64,000 nucleotides of DNA, taken from assembly GCA_002633005.1 (NCBI GenBank), contig NMRA01000023.1:402084-466083 (forward strand), in the 5' to 3' direction. Shown piece by piece: positions 1 to 12,158 of this stretch (within the stretch, counting starts at the first letter, position 1; every line of letters begins with the position of its first letter). This DNA is from Phoronis australis (Eukaryota; Animalia; Phoronida). A program made the position numbers and the translations under genes. Under the pieces are notes generated by a model. That model made no database searches. It saw only the letters and a list, made by a program, of their open reading frames with translations, and had not been told where the DNA came from.

Positions 1-157
1 TTCACGATTTTGGGAACTGAAATAGGGACTGCTCGAAGAAAAAGTTTCATAACGGGAGTATTTGTTCGAGTTGGAAGGAATTAATCACATCGACAACCTC
101 CTAAGGTGTTCCTCTATGCGCAAAAGGTATTTATAACAACGTGACTTTGATGGTTTA

Positions 158-532
158 GTCGGTGCGAGGCATAATTCGCCGAAAAGCTTCCGGCGTACAG
201 AGCGCCTATAGCCTCTACATCGCCTCTGCTTCAGGCCAACAGAGGCGATGGTCATTGCCTATGCCTAAGGATGCCTGTGCTAGGATCCAAATGTGAACCA
301 AGCAGTGAGTAAAGTGTTGAGAAACGTGCTTCCCGGTGAATCACTCGGCTAACGGGCAATTGCCTATTAACTGAATGGTTAACACGCTCGCCGGTTAAAT
401 CGGGGTCGCTGGTTTGACTCCCGAGGTCGAGTAACATCGGCGATGAGGCCTACTACAAATTGGCGTAGACCAGACGGCAAACGGAACCGGCCATGAAGAC
501 TGAAGTGTGAAGTACAAGCACGCTTGATTTTT
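158..532 (+). ncRNA. Candidate structured Pol III-type ncRNA of unknown family
   Basis: TATTTATAA at 128-136; no T4 run on + until TTTTT at 528-532. Helices seen: 167-173/260-266, 177-181/191-195, 218-228/240-250 (11 bp perfect), 343-349/426-432, 325-331/516-522. G-U pairs favour the + strand. Confidence 0.45.
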
Positions 533-657
533 CTACGATAAATGACGAATTAATACTTATTATTTACTGTGGGGAGTAATAGATTTCTCTACTACAGCGG
601 TAAATGTGTCTCGGTGTAAAATACGTTGCCAATATACAGTTAAATGATGTTATTTAC

Positions 658-670
658 CTGGCCGACCCAT
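658..670 (-). CDS. Possible first coding exon (M-G-R-P + 1 nt) of a gene running off the left edge
   Basis: Minus strand reads caaaATGGGTCGGCCAG|GTAAAT: ATG in good context followed by a strong donor, next to a promoter-like motif cluster. No downstream exon identified. Confidence 0.3.
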
Positions 671-694
671 TTTGCACGTGTGTATTTTGCTTTC

Positions 695-778
695 TATCCC
701 ACAATCCCTTACATTTTCCTGTAAAATTGTCGCCAGATGTCGCTCCGGTTATCCAATGAGATAAATAGCTCATTTGCA
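695..778. promoter_or_regulatory. Promoter-like motif cluster (ZNF143/Staf-like, CTCF-like, CCAAT, octamer)
   Basis: TCCCACAATCCC near 697, GCCAGATGTCGC near 732, CCAAT at 753, ATTTGCAT at 771-778. Motif matches only. Confidence 0.35.
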
Positions 779-809
779 TCCACTCATGAAAATACATCTG
801 ACAGGTCAC

Positions 810-1017
810 GGGCTCGTTCTAAGAAACTAAGTCTAAGACTTGTCTCTATGACTTCTTAACTTTGAAATTTTATCCGGTGAGTTAGTCAAACTTAAGATAA
901 AACTTAAGTAAAAAATACTTAAAGCAAACTTAAGACCACTTTTTGGAACAGACTAAGACTAATTGAAGTTTTAGTCTTAAAATTTGTCTGTTAGTTCAGT
1001 TTCCTTGGAACGAGACC
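810..1017. mobile_element. MITE with imperfect ~18-bp terminal inverted repeats
   Basis: GGGCTCGTTCTAAGAAA at the left end versus TTTCCTTGGAACGAGACC at the right end; internal CTTAAG/CTAAG repeats. Confidence 0.55.
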
Positions 1018-1683
1018 AAGGTCGCGCGGTTGATTGTACGTATCATGCCCACGGGGAATTAATAGAGAGGTCCCAGAGATCTTCCTTTGAAACAATATCG
1101 ATAAAAACAGCGATGAACATAGCGGATAACGATGATATGTGTCCCGCTAGGCAAACAGAAAGAGACCCTCAGCATTGGAGTAGTTCCTTTGCACTTTGCT
1201 TCAGCGCTGGCAAGGTGGCGCATTTAATTCATGGTCCCTGTGAAACTGTTTTGTCTCACTCATCCATATCAAACCGAACGGCTACGTATATAGTGAGAAA
1301 GGTGTTTTCCGTCTCATGTTAAATTACTATTCAAGCACCGTAAGAACCGAGATTTTAGCTTGAAATTGTTTCTTAATGAGATCAGGGGAACTGTTCTACC
1401 ATTTACCAATGATATCACTAAAATAATAAAATAATATACTGGGAATGTAATCTAAACAAATTTAGGATCTGATGAAGTTTTGTTGGTGCCTTTCTTCTAA
1501 ACTGAAAAATTCTTTACAACAATTGTCCGATACCGTGACTGCCTCCTCGATTTGAATTAAAATCGTATACTACGTGAGTGTGTGAAAGCGGAACAAACAG
1601 AAATTTGAAAAAAAATGATTTGGAAAGTTCAGATTAAATTCTGAGAAAAACGATGTTTTGACTGGAGGAACATCATTTAAAAA

Positions 1684-3849
1684 CAGGTCTGGATTTATTG
1701 GGGAGCAAAGGGGGCAAATTACCCGGGCCCGCCTCTATAGGGGGGAACCTTTGTAGGGAATGCTTAAACATCACTATAAAAATAAGATTAGGCACACTCG
1801 TTTGATTTTTAAAGACGAAAACATCGCCTACGTCAAGCTCGTCCCATGTTCCAGACGGAGGCCACTCAAAGTTTCCTGAAAGGAACCATCTGCGCCTCAC
1901 ATGCGGTCTGGGCTGCAGCGGCCGCCAGCTCTCCCTCAAAACCGCGCCACGGCGCCCGTCCGCCACTTTTTTGGCCGAACTGTTTGGACGTTTAGTGAAG
2001 TCAATGAAATATACATTCGATCTTTTGGTGCCTTGGCCAATTGTTTAATTGGTTAATGGGTTGCTTATCAGCAGCAAATATTCTCTTTGGTGCCATTGCC
2101 ACGAAACATTACGCTGTCCGGGGCTCAGAAGAAAAAAAAATCCAACGACAAGTGTGAAAAAATCTAGCCGTGTTGTCCGACCATGATCGACTTATGGATT
2201 TTTCCCAGTTTCAATACCAGAAAGCGAGGAAGCTGTAGAAGAGATTCATCTTAACGGTCAAGAAAAGGTCTGAATGCAAGTGCATGACGTCAAGTTGTAG
2301 TGGATCGTGTCGTGCAGTCAAACCTGCAAATAGTTCACAGATCGAAATTCCTTCTGATCTTGCCTCATGGCTTCCTGTTACAGAAAAGCATATTTTTGGT
2401 AAAAATCAATTACAGACCCCAAAACAAAAACGAATCTGAGTTGTATCTAAAATCTCGACGCCATTATCGATTGGACATAGGCGATATTTCAAGAGCTTAA
2501 TGTTTTACAATAGTCGTGACAATGGCGAGCCAATCACATTGCGAAAAGTGCGTCTTCACATTGAGTTGATCCAAAGGCACAGTCTGTTGCTTTTATTGCA
2601 CTTTGGCGTGCCGTCAACGTTTCAGCGAGCTTTCCCAGTGAAGGTGGCTTTCTAACAGGAGAAAGGTTGAAGACAAGATGGAAATCCACGAATACTGCCG
2701 AGCCCACAGAGGCTGGTTGCTCAAATTTAATCTTCGTTGTAAGGAATCCGCTTACCCTGAGAGGGATTTCCATCAGAAAGAACAAGAAATATTGCACTGA
2801 AGTTCTTCGACGTGTCGTTGATGTCGTAATTTTCCTCGGCGAAAGAGCTAGGGTTGGCGTTCAGTGGGAGACATTATATTGGGGGGTCTTAACGCATCTG
2901 ATATTTCTTAGGACTGGAGTTCATTGCATAGTTTGATCCATTCCTCATAGGGCACTTCGGCAAACCCAATAACGGTAAACAATCCGCCTTACTTATCCCA
3001 ATGATCTTCGCAAAATTATAATGCTGTCGGCAGATTGTGTCAAGAAGGACATTGTTAGATAATTGAAGTATCAAAATTCTCCTCGATTCCTATAATTTCA
3101 ACAACCGACCTTACCCATGGCGACCACTTGGCTGTCATTGTGTGATGCGTTGCTGCCGAAAAATCCGTAGAAATGTTCATGACATTTCTTTAAACTGACT
3201 CCCAGAAGGCCAAAGCGTTAGCCGCGGAAGCATTGATTTTGACGATTGCAGATTAGTCCTAACGAAAACAGCATGCCTGTTGATGTCTGGCCAGTACACT
3301 GGAGTACAAGCCCGACAAACGAGAAAAAAAAGCTGCTGGTCTTACCCCATACTGTTCAGGCAGTCCAGATTCCTTTTATGCCTGTTGATGTCTGGCCAGT
3401 ACACTGGAGTACAAGCCCGACAAACGAGAAAAAAAGCTGCTGGTCTTACCCCATACTGTTCAGGCAGTCCAGATTCCTTTTAGCTGTTATTGGCTGTTCC
3501 AACGTGAATTTCTCTCAACACCAGTTCTCGAGTTCTGGAACTGAAGTGTCGATTAATTCGCTGCCCCCTTAATTTTATGCTTTCATGGTCTGGAATCTTC
3601 CGATTATGAATATTTTGGTTGTGATATGAAATTTCGACTATGAAATACAAAACATAACTTACAATGTGTTTCCAGACAGTAGCTGACTGCAGCTGACAAA
3701 AACTGCTACTGATGCATGTGTGTGCTGTTGACATTAGGAAACGCAACTGTACAAAAGTAAAATTTGTATGTAAAGACATTTTCCTTGATTTTACTTAACC
3801 CGCATTTTTAATTAAGCGGGTCCCCTAACAAAGTCTAAATCTGGCACTG
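1684..3849 (+). mobile_element. Decayed hAT DNA transposon (ZMYM1/Tip100-like transposase remnant)
   Basis: TIR-like ends CAGGTCTGGATTTA and TAAATCTGGCACTG; 8-bp flanks TTTAAAAA/TTTAGGAA (6/8, degenerate TSD). Frameshifted transposase motifs: VIFLGER-GLAFSG (~2825-2870), TTDLTHGDHLAVIV (~3100), MSGQYTGVQAR (~3283). Confidence 0.75.
3273..3482. repeat. 105-bp tandem duplication inside the hAT remnant
   Basis: Copies start at 3273 and 3378 and are identical except for the length of one A-run. Confidence 0.95.
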
Positions 3850-5299
3850 TTTAGGAATGAGTTTTAGCTGAACGGATTTTTGAAAAACTAAATGATGCGG
3901 AAAGAGTGGTTCGACGTCTTTGCTGAATGTACAACTTTACGCTAATGCCCCCTCAATGGAGTCATATTCGCTATTTACTATATACGGCAACAGAGGCTTG
4001 GACGGTTATCGATATTGTGAATTGTCCCTTTGCGAGGGCACGCCTTCGGCACGCGACCGCACTGTGACTGTACTTGCCTCTTTCAACGTTCATGTAATCG
4101 GGCCGGGAGTGATTACAGAAATTCTGGGAATTACTGCAGCCATTTAAAAGTATTGTAAGATTTCGATCATTGATGGTATACCCCGTTGAGTTTTTGACAT
4201 TACTGCAGTGTTAAAAATGTTTAGTGTTTGCATTTCTTGTAACTTCCAGTGGCCCGTTGTCACACTGCTGATTTACCACGTTACCTTCCAAAATGTAGTA
4301 CACGGACAACAAGTTTGAATTTGTTTTTGAACGGCAGTTATTCTCATCTCCGTATTGCCATGGCTTTCCACATTGTTAAATGTATACCTAGACTGTATGT
4401 TATTGTGCATCCAATTAAATTCATTTCCTTTCTTACATAGCTCTTTAAATTATCATCAAGGGACAGAGACACCTATAATGCTGATAATCAGTCGTTCAGC
4501 AATAACTCGGGCACTTGCCAAATATCATAAAAGGACTTATGGAACAGAACCGTTGAGTTCTTTTGACTCTTTCGTCAGGTTACAGTGGAACGGCTCTGAA
4601 ACAGGGACAGAATGGGCCAAACAATTTTTGCAAGGTTCATAATCTCCGATCTGCATTTGTTATTACTTTGTATAACATAGATCATCACCGTTTCGACACG
4701 GAATATGAGCGCAGCCAAAATACACGAATAGCAGCAATGCACCACATGACCTCACTAGTGTGGTGTTCTGTAGGCCTACATGTCCGAGTGAGCCGTGGCC
4801 ATTTACTAAGTTTATTATTTCGGGTGTTGGTGATTTTGTTTTCCATTGATAGCGAGATTTATGAGTGGAGACATAATGAAGCTCAGCGAAGCTTGTTCTT
4901 GTTTCGTGCTTCCATTACCTTAAGACACAAAGTAAAAATTTGTGTGTGTTCGAAAATTTAGTTGAAATTTTAAATCAGTGACGAAGTCAACAGCTAGGAT
5001 GCGTAAAAATCACAACGGTGTTGTCGCGTTTCCAAACCCAAGCCCAAGCTGCTTTTCACACACTTTTGGTTCCTCGTGGTTGTTTTATGAAAGATAAAAG
5101 TGTTGCAAAGCCATTGGAAAATTGTTTTAAAATATTTCAAAATCCTAATTGTGCAAACTAACAATCATGTGACACCCATTTGCCCACCTCTCCGAAGAGC
5201 ACCGAGTCTTGCCGTATGAATCATTTCTGTTTACGTCATTCCATCCGGGACATTGTAAAAATTTGATTGACAGGTACTATAGTTACAAGCCGCGCGTCA

Positions 5300-5645
5300 T
5301 TTGTTCAAAGCATTTGCATTTTCCGCCATTATCGTTCACGAGTTTTGCCGAGCATTATTTTTTATTATTTTACGAAGATGTCACCTATGGATAACTTCGA
5401 TTCATGAACAATGAATCTATGGATGCTTCGACGGATTTTAAGAAAGTTAAAGAACACTGCAAGTAGTGAAATTTACTGAAAATACAGCAAGGATTGCTAA
5501 ATTCAAATCGAGTGTTTGCGCGCCATTTTCCCACGTTTAGAAATCGCTTTCTCACGATCGGAAGAAGAACTCTTTTGCATTGCCTTGAATGAGAAGATTC
5601 CAGTGAAAATCTGAGGAAGTATCCTTGGTTTTACGCGAACTAAAG
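5300..5645 (+). promoter_or_regulatory. Probable DYRK1A promoter and non-coding first exon (5' boundary approximate)
   Basis: CpG-enriched region. YY1-type motifs CGCCATTTT at 5521, GGCGGCCATTTTG at 6121 and CAAAATGGCCGC at 6534. Strong donor AAAG|GTAAG at 5645/5646. An in-frame stop at 5612 makes it non-coding if spliced to 27738. Confidence 0.55.
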
Positions 5646-8600
5646 GTAAGCTGTTTTGCACATTTTTCTCCAATTTTTTATATATTTTGGAGAAATGTTC
5701 TGCTCAGGAGTTTTCAGGAACGATAACTCCCATTTTAGTTCGGGTCACATTCCCACGCTTTGAAATAGCATCATTACTGCAAATATGACGCTTTTAGTAA
5801 CTAATATTTGTTTTTGAACTTCCCACCTAACTTCGTGTAACATTTCCTTAATGTAACACTTTTGCAGTAGTTCAGTATATGGCTTAAAAGCAAGTCTCGC
5901 TGCAAGCAGTTTCTCTTTCCAGTCGTTTGTTGTTAGTGCCTTCTCCTTGCCACATTTATGAACGAAATATAGTATAGTTACTCCAAATTCTGTCTTGTGT
6001 ATGTCTACTGTCCGTTCTAAAGTTCTCTGTGAATCAATTGAGTATGTAATTTTTTTCAATGTTATGAAATTTAAAGTGAAAATTGAAATTTTTTGACTTG
6101 TTCCACGTGGATATTGTTTTGGCGGCCATTTTGTGTCTTCCGCTTTGACAGTTTAGAATGTGAACGATTTTCAAACATCAGATCGGAAATATATCCTGAG
6201 ATTACCTTAATAGATTTGGTATATTACAATACCTCAATAATTTGGCAACTTTTATGTAGAAAGTTCGAATTTTAAGTCTGGATTTACAAAGACATTTCTT
6301 TGTTTTGGGTAATCAGCTGTTGTTCAGGCAATCGAGAATTTCGTACGATTGACGTCAGTCAAACAAGCGAAATTCGTCGTCCTTTCACCGTGTATTTCAT
6401 TTGCTTGGTTCAGTCAAGTTATTATTAACATAGATTATGAATACCACACTGTGTGTTTTGCTCAATAATGATGCACGCTAGTAATCAGATTGTGTTTAAT
6501 TTCTTGAATGAAATTTCCATTGACCTACATTTTCAAAATGGCCGCTCTCGGTCAAAGTAGGACTTACTAACAAATTGGAACAAAAGTTCTCACACTCTGA
6601 GTCATAGTTTGTGGGCTAGTAAGCCTTAGATGGACTCAATACAAAATCTTCTTACTTGACTGCAGTAGAAATTTTTTATCGTTATGAATTGTTCAAAAAT
6701 CATTATTTTGGACTGGGAAATTGCATAAATGCGCTGATACTGAAAATGGAACCCTCCCCCTGCTGTAATGCCATCCAACTTTCCTTGGTGAATGCTGAAT
6801 GATAGTTTTTAAGACTTGTTCAGCACCTTGAGTATTAATGATGATATGCATTTGCAACACCAGTTTATTAGTTTTTCAGATAAATGTCTAATTTTTCAGT
6901 GTTTCATTGAAAGACTTGGTAGTCATTTAGATCAGCTGTGTGATCAATCTTTCTCTTATTTTTGTCATTTTGCTTGAAAACCCTCTTCAATAGTTGTTGA
7001 ATGGTTTTGTTATTTTGTCCTGTGCATTTGTTTGCTGTTGTTCAGATGCTGGTAATAAGTAACAACCAATGGTGTACTTCAGTACTGTATTATTTAAACA
7101 TTTGTTTTTGAAAAATCAATAATGCTGGTTTTAAATGTCCGCATTTCTTTTTTATTGCATTCAGTTTCATAAATCAACTAATTTCAGTTACAAAGAATTA
7201 TTTTTTATTCACAACTTTATTTTCTTATTGCAGCTTTCAGTATTCATCCGTGACCAGCGTTATTATTAACTCGTAAAATTGTGGAGTTGTGAACAGGGCA
7301 TTTCCAATAACTAATATCTATGCATGTCATTGTTCTGTCAATTACCAATAGAGTGTGCTGTAGTTACCACCGATGGAAGCTCCTGTCTGTTTTGACTGTG
7401 CATATCTCAGCTAAGTTGCCTAGAAACAGAAATAGCTCAAAGCTATGAGACAGACAGACAGTTTGTGTTAATATGTATTAAACTTTCCTGTTAGTGTCTG
7501 GGTATTCAGTCTCCTCCATGTTGTGCACTCCTCAGTGCAGATCACCGGGGAAATGTTTTTGATAGTGTTAGCACTTCTTTCTATCCTTTGATGCATAAAT
7601 TGTGAGTTAATAAAATGATTAGGATGCCAGACCATGAAGTGTCTTGATGTGTTCTTTATGCCGATGAACTTCTGTTAGGAAGGAAGTCTAAACTGATTTT
7701 TCTCTTTATTGACGGGAACCAATAACTGATAGCAAAGTTATGATACTTGTCTTATCAAGCCAAATATAGTCTGGGTAAAATGTCCTCACTTAAGGACACA
7801 ATATGGTGGGCAGTTAAAATTTACTTTGTCAAATTTCTCAGCAAAAATAACATCAGGAAAATATGTATTTTGCATGTATGTATGGCGGAGCAATTATCAA
7901 ACAACGTTTGGTAAAAATTTTGAACATTTGCAACAATGTGGGTAGCCACTGAAAATATGAGTGTGGCAATTTTAGCTATGATTTTTCTCCCACATTGAAG
8001 AATATTCATCGCTACTTGTTTTCCTAAAAATCCAGATTAATTATCATTGAGTTGGCTGTTGTAATGTCTGCATTTTCAAGTGGAATGATCAAGTTCATTA
8101 TTGGTGTGCCTTTGACTGTGTTACCATTTGTAGTTACTATTCAAGTTTCATTCATAAATACAGCTTCATTGATAATTATAGTGCACTTAACCCCAGAGTT
8201 TGCATACAATCGGACTGAAGCTACTGTTGTCCAGCTTGTTGGTTTTGACCAACAACGTTATCAGAATGTAGTTCATAAGTAAAGCATCTACAAATATTGA
8301 CAAGTAAAATTTAGTGGAAGTATTCCCATTATTTTTACTGCTAAAATTTCAAAGATAACATTTTTGCATTGTCACGCAAGTTGCCAGGTAGCCTGAATTC
8401 CACCAAATTTGCATGGAATAATTCCTGGAAAGTTTACTCTCAGGAGTTAACAAATTAACATTCTGAAACTTCTGCTGTTGGTGACAAAAATGCCGGTGTT
8501 CTGGCAGTGAGTAGAAATCCTTGAGGGCATGACCATTTATGGAATTAATTCTGTTAATTTGTGTTCTGAAATATTTCTGGGCTTTCAAAATACATGGTAA

Positions 8601-10194
8601 TGCAGCTATTTTGTATGTTACTTGCTTTGTAATAGTAAATTGAACAGTTTGAATTTGAATTTGGTTTGGATGTATCATTTCGTAATGACTTCTTTTCAGC
8701 TATTTAAAACCATATTCAGCACTATCCTTGGTTCATGTTTTGCAGTTCAACCCTTTGTTTTTTATTTTTTTAATTCAGTGAGTTATGCTCCTAATTATCT
8801 ACATATAACACCATGGAGCAAAGGAGTTATTGATTGTTTCAACAAATGATTCACCCCCTCCAACACAGGCTTCTCGTTCAACTGAGGGGTGAAAGGTGCC
8901 TTTGCTTTCAAAGAGGGGATTTTGTTTTGGGTGAAGGATAACCCGCTCCTGAATCCGAGGGTCTGTGTGAGTTAAAAGTGAAGGAGGTTTTCAACCACAA
9001 GTGATGGAATTTTGTAGTAATTTTCATAGGGCAATGGGCCGATACTTGTCCCCAAAATCGAGGCATTGACGTCCGTTGTTTCCTATTCCGCTTTCTCAAT
9101 TAGCACTGCGTGGGGCTTCAAAATTGCAACTCGTTAAAACATGGAAAATATGCTAATAGTGTTCAAAGTTTTTATGTAGTAAATGGAATCTGATATAAAA
9201 GTAAATGAAGGATTTGTGGTCGTGATATTATGTGGGCGTCGTATGTTGCCATTTTTTAATCTGTTGGAGTTATTCTCGGACTTCGTGATTAACTTTTTGA
9301 CTGATTGTCCTTTCGGACAACTCTGCTTCAATTCAGCATGTCCAAATCCAAAATGAGCTTGTTCAAAACTTCGAAGGAATGAATAAAGTATATTTAATGC
9401 TGTAGTTACCGTACAGTTTTTCTGGAGTCAGGTGAACTAAGGTCGTACTCTCCTCCACTGATGTCCATATCATGCAGTTTAACAACCCTGGCACAAATTC
9501 ATGTTTCCTTTTTAGTTCCTTTTCCTTTTTTGTTTTTTTTTCACCTTTGGAAGCTGTGGTCTCACTGGAACTGACAGAAACATTTTGAAATAGGTTGTTG
9601 AACTCATCATTGTTTTTGACACAGTGCTAAGTAGATGGTGAAAAAGATGACGCAAGACCACTGTCGTCTATGTCGTAACAGGAGATGAGAATGTCAAACA
9701 TTAACTGCAATTATTGTTAGGCGTAGCAAATCATGCAAGTTTACTGTGAAATTTTTTATGTTTTTTCACGGAAGCGATCAGCCAGGGTCCGCCAAAGCCG
9801 AGCTCCAAATCGAGCTAGTTCCCTCAAATTGCAACTGACTGAAGCCTCAACACCCGGTTGAAATTGTGTTTCCCATGAAGTTGCAAGTGAGGTCTTTTGA
9901 CCATTTGCACGTTACAAAGAGGTTACAGAAACTATTTTGCGTGTTGCTACATCTAAGATGGGAATTACCTAAGTGCAGGACTTTGAAAAATTTTTGGTAG
10001 TCTGTTTGGACGACTGGTTAAAAATTCAAGTTAACCTCACCTGATTTATGGTTGTCCTTGACAATCGGGCAGTCTTTAATGATGAACCCTGAATCTCTAA
10101 GTTGACAATCACACACAATGTGATGGACTGTTTTAGAGCGGGACAATTTTCGTGGCTCACGCTGTCAAATTTCAAGGTTTGGTTATTTTGTTAA

Positions 10195-10333
10195 GCCCAG
10201 GGTCTAATCTGGGTGTTCCACTCAAAATTGACAATGGCACATGCTTCAAGTAAAGTTGAAATTTGCGCTCATTATTGAGATTGGTTAAGGTTCAAGTCTG
10301 AACTTCTGTTCAGTCTGAGATTAGACCTTGGGC
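10195..10333. mobile_element. Small MITE-like element with 16-bp inverted ends
   Basis: GCCCAGGGTCTAATCT versus AGATTAGACCTTGGGC (15/16 complementary). Confidence 0.5.
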
Positions 10334-12049
10334 CCAGAATCGATTATTTGTGACTCCACAATAGGTGTTTGATGTGGCTACTTAGTTGACAGCGATTGAA
10401 TGTGAAGGGACTTGCTTCCTTTGACATGACAGTATTAGTCCATACCACCTCTGATATTTCTTGTTATTGCCAGGCAATGGAAGTAATGTGAGCATAATAC
10501 TCAAAAGCCCTGCGTTCCACATGTAGTCTGTGTTACCTGAAATGGCGTGAAGTCTAGCTGGATGGAAAGTTTCATCTTCAATTTCAGTTTTCTTTTTAAT
10601 GGACTTCTTATGTAAGTGAAACTTTCAGTGATGAAGTCATCCCTGTTTGAAACACCTCCTGCTGTTCCATTGTCCTCCCTCTGAAAATCTGAAATTCATC
10701 TCTAAGCAATATGCAAGTCAACAGGTCAGATGTCAATCTAATTTTCACCAAGATAGTTAATTCAACACTGACAATGTCATTAGAATTCTTGCTTGTGTGG
10801 TCTCTACCCTGTGCTTGTTGATTTTGGCTACAGAGCTAATTTAGTGCAGCTCAACAGCTGAACCAGACAGATCTAGGTCAACAAATCACATGATAATACT
10901 TATTCACAGTCTTCCCATTGGTCATTCTGTCTTATCTCCCATGATGCCCTGCACCCTCTCTACCAATTAAGGCCTCCATGTCATAGGTAGCCAGACAGGC
11001 TGTATTGATTATCTGTCTATGCTTATTCAACCTGCTTAGTCAAGGATTACACAGTGTGCATTTCAAAACATCCCTGTGCCTGCCAATTGTGTGACGATGT
11101 TTATCAAGAGCTATCTCCAAGCACTAGTCTTCAGTGCATCTGGTCAGATGTTATTCTAGTCCAACTGCTGCTCTCAGCTGGTGGACTCCTCTCCTGTGTT
11201 TTTGAACTGTGGACCTTGGACTCACCAGTATAACTCAGCAGTATTGAATTCTGCAGTCCTCAAGAGTGCTGATCAGCTGATCTGGTTGTGCTGTGCTCAT
11301 CTCTGTTGACAACTAAAGGTGGAATTCAACCGTGGTGTCCTGCTCAAGCTTATCCTGAGATCTTGAGCTGGAATATGTTGTATGACTGATGGTTTTGGTA
11401 TTACACCATGTGACTTTTCTCTGTGACTGAATGACTGCTGTAATTTTTTAGTTATTTTTCGTTGGTAGACAGCAGAGAGGATTGTGTTTGTCTGCAATAG
11501 ATTGAATTTGACCTACGTTAGCAATCAGTTCAGAACTGACTTGGGCCCCTGATCTCAAGAAGGAACCTTTGTTTACATTAACAGACATTGTTGAGATTCC
11601 TGGATGATATATTGAGGTCATGACTGGTCAACGCCTGAATGGCTGTTAATTTTCCACATCCATCCAGTCACAAATCCAACAATCTTTCTTGGTTATTGTG
11701 CTCTATTGTGACCTGGCGATGGTTTGTCAATAAGTCAAGGTCATGGGTCATGTTTAATTTGTCTGACCCACATTCAAGACTTCATGAATGAGAGTAAACT
11801 TGGGTGCTGAATTCAAAGAATATTCTCTCACCTGTAAAATTCAGGATTTCAGTGCCTGCACTGTACATGCTGCTGGATTTTTTCAAATTAGCTTCTACTC
11901 TTATTGTCGACTGGCAACGTTTGGATATACAGATTGTATGTCATGTACTCATCTGGCATCTGGCATATTCTGGAGTAATTTAAATCCAAAGACTAAAGGA
12001 GTACATAGTTCACATTCATTCTTGGGAGTGACCTCCGTGTCCTGAGCTG

Positions 12050-12158
12050 ATGGTGGTGTCCAACATGTTGGATATGGAGGCCCCCATGGATGATATGCTA
12101 CTTTCCTATCGGAAACAGTGGCTTCGCCAACACCAGGAGTCCTACATGAGGATGAAAA
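12050..12158 (+). CDS. DYRK1A: Probable alternative upstream coding exon of DYRK1A (MVVSNMLDMEAPMDDMLLSYRKQWLRQHQESYMRMK)
   Basis: ATG-initiated, protein-like sequence. Donor A|GTACGT at 12159 is phase 1, matching the phase-1 acceptor at 27738, and that exon is open in frame up to the Met at 27809. Confidence 0.6.

Noticed and set aside
252-437. 61-aa minus-strand ORF
   Set aside because: No recognisable motif. Splicing from the MGRP exon to the acceptor near 500 reaches a stop after ~15 codons.
158-532. Identification of the candidate RNA as 7SK, RNase P/MRP, SRP, U3 or telomerase RNA
   Set aside because: No paired GATC motifs, no P4 CR-I/CR-V sequences, no SRP or U3 5' signature and no CTAACCC-type template were found by eye.
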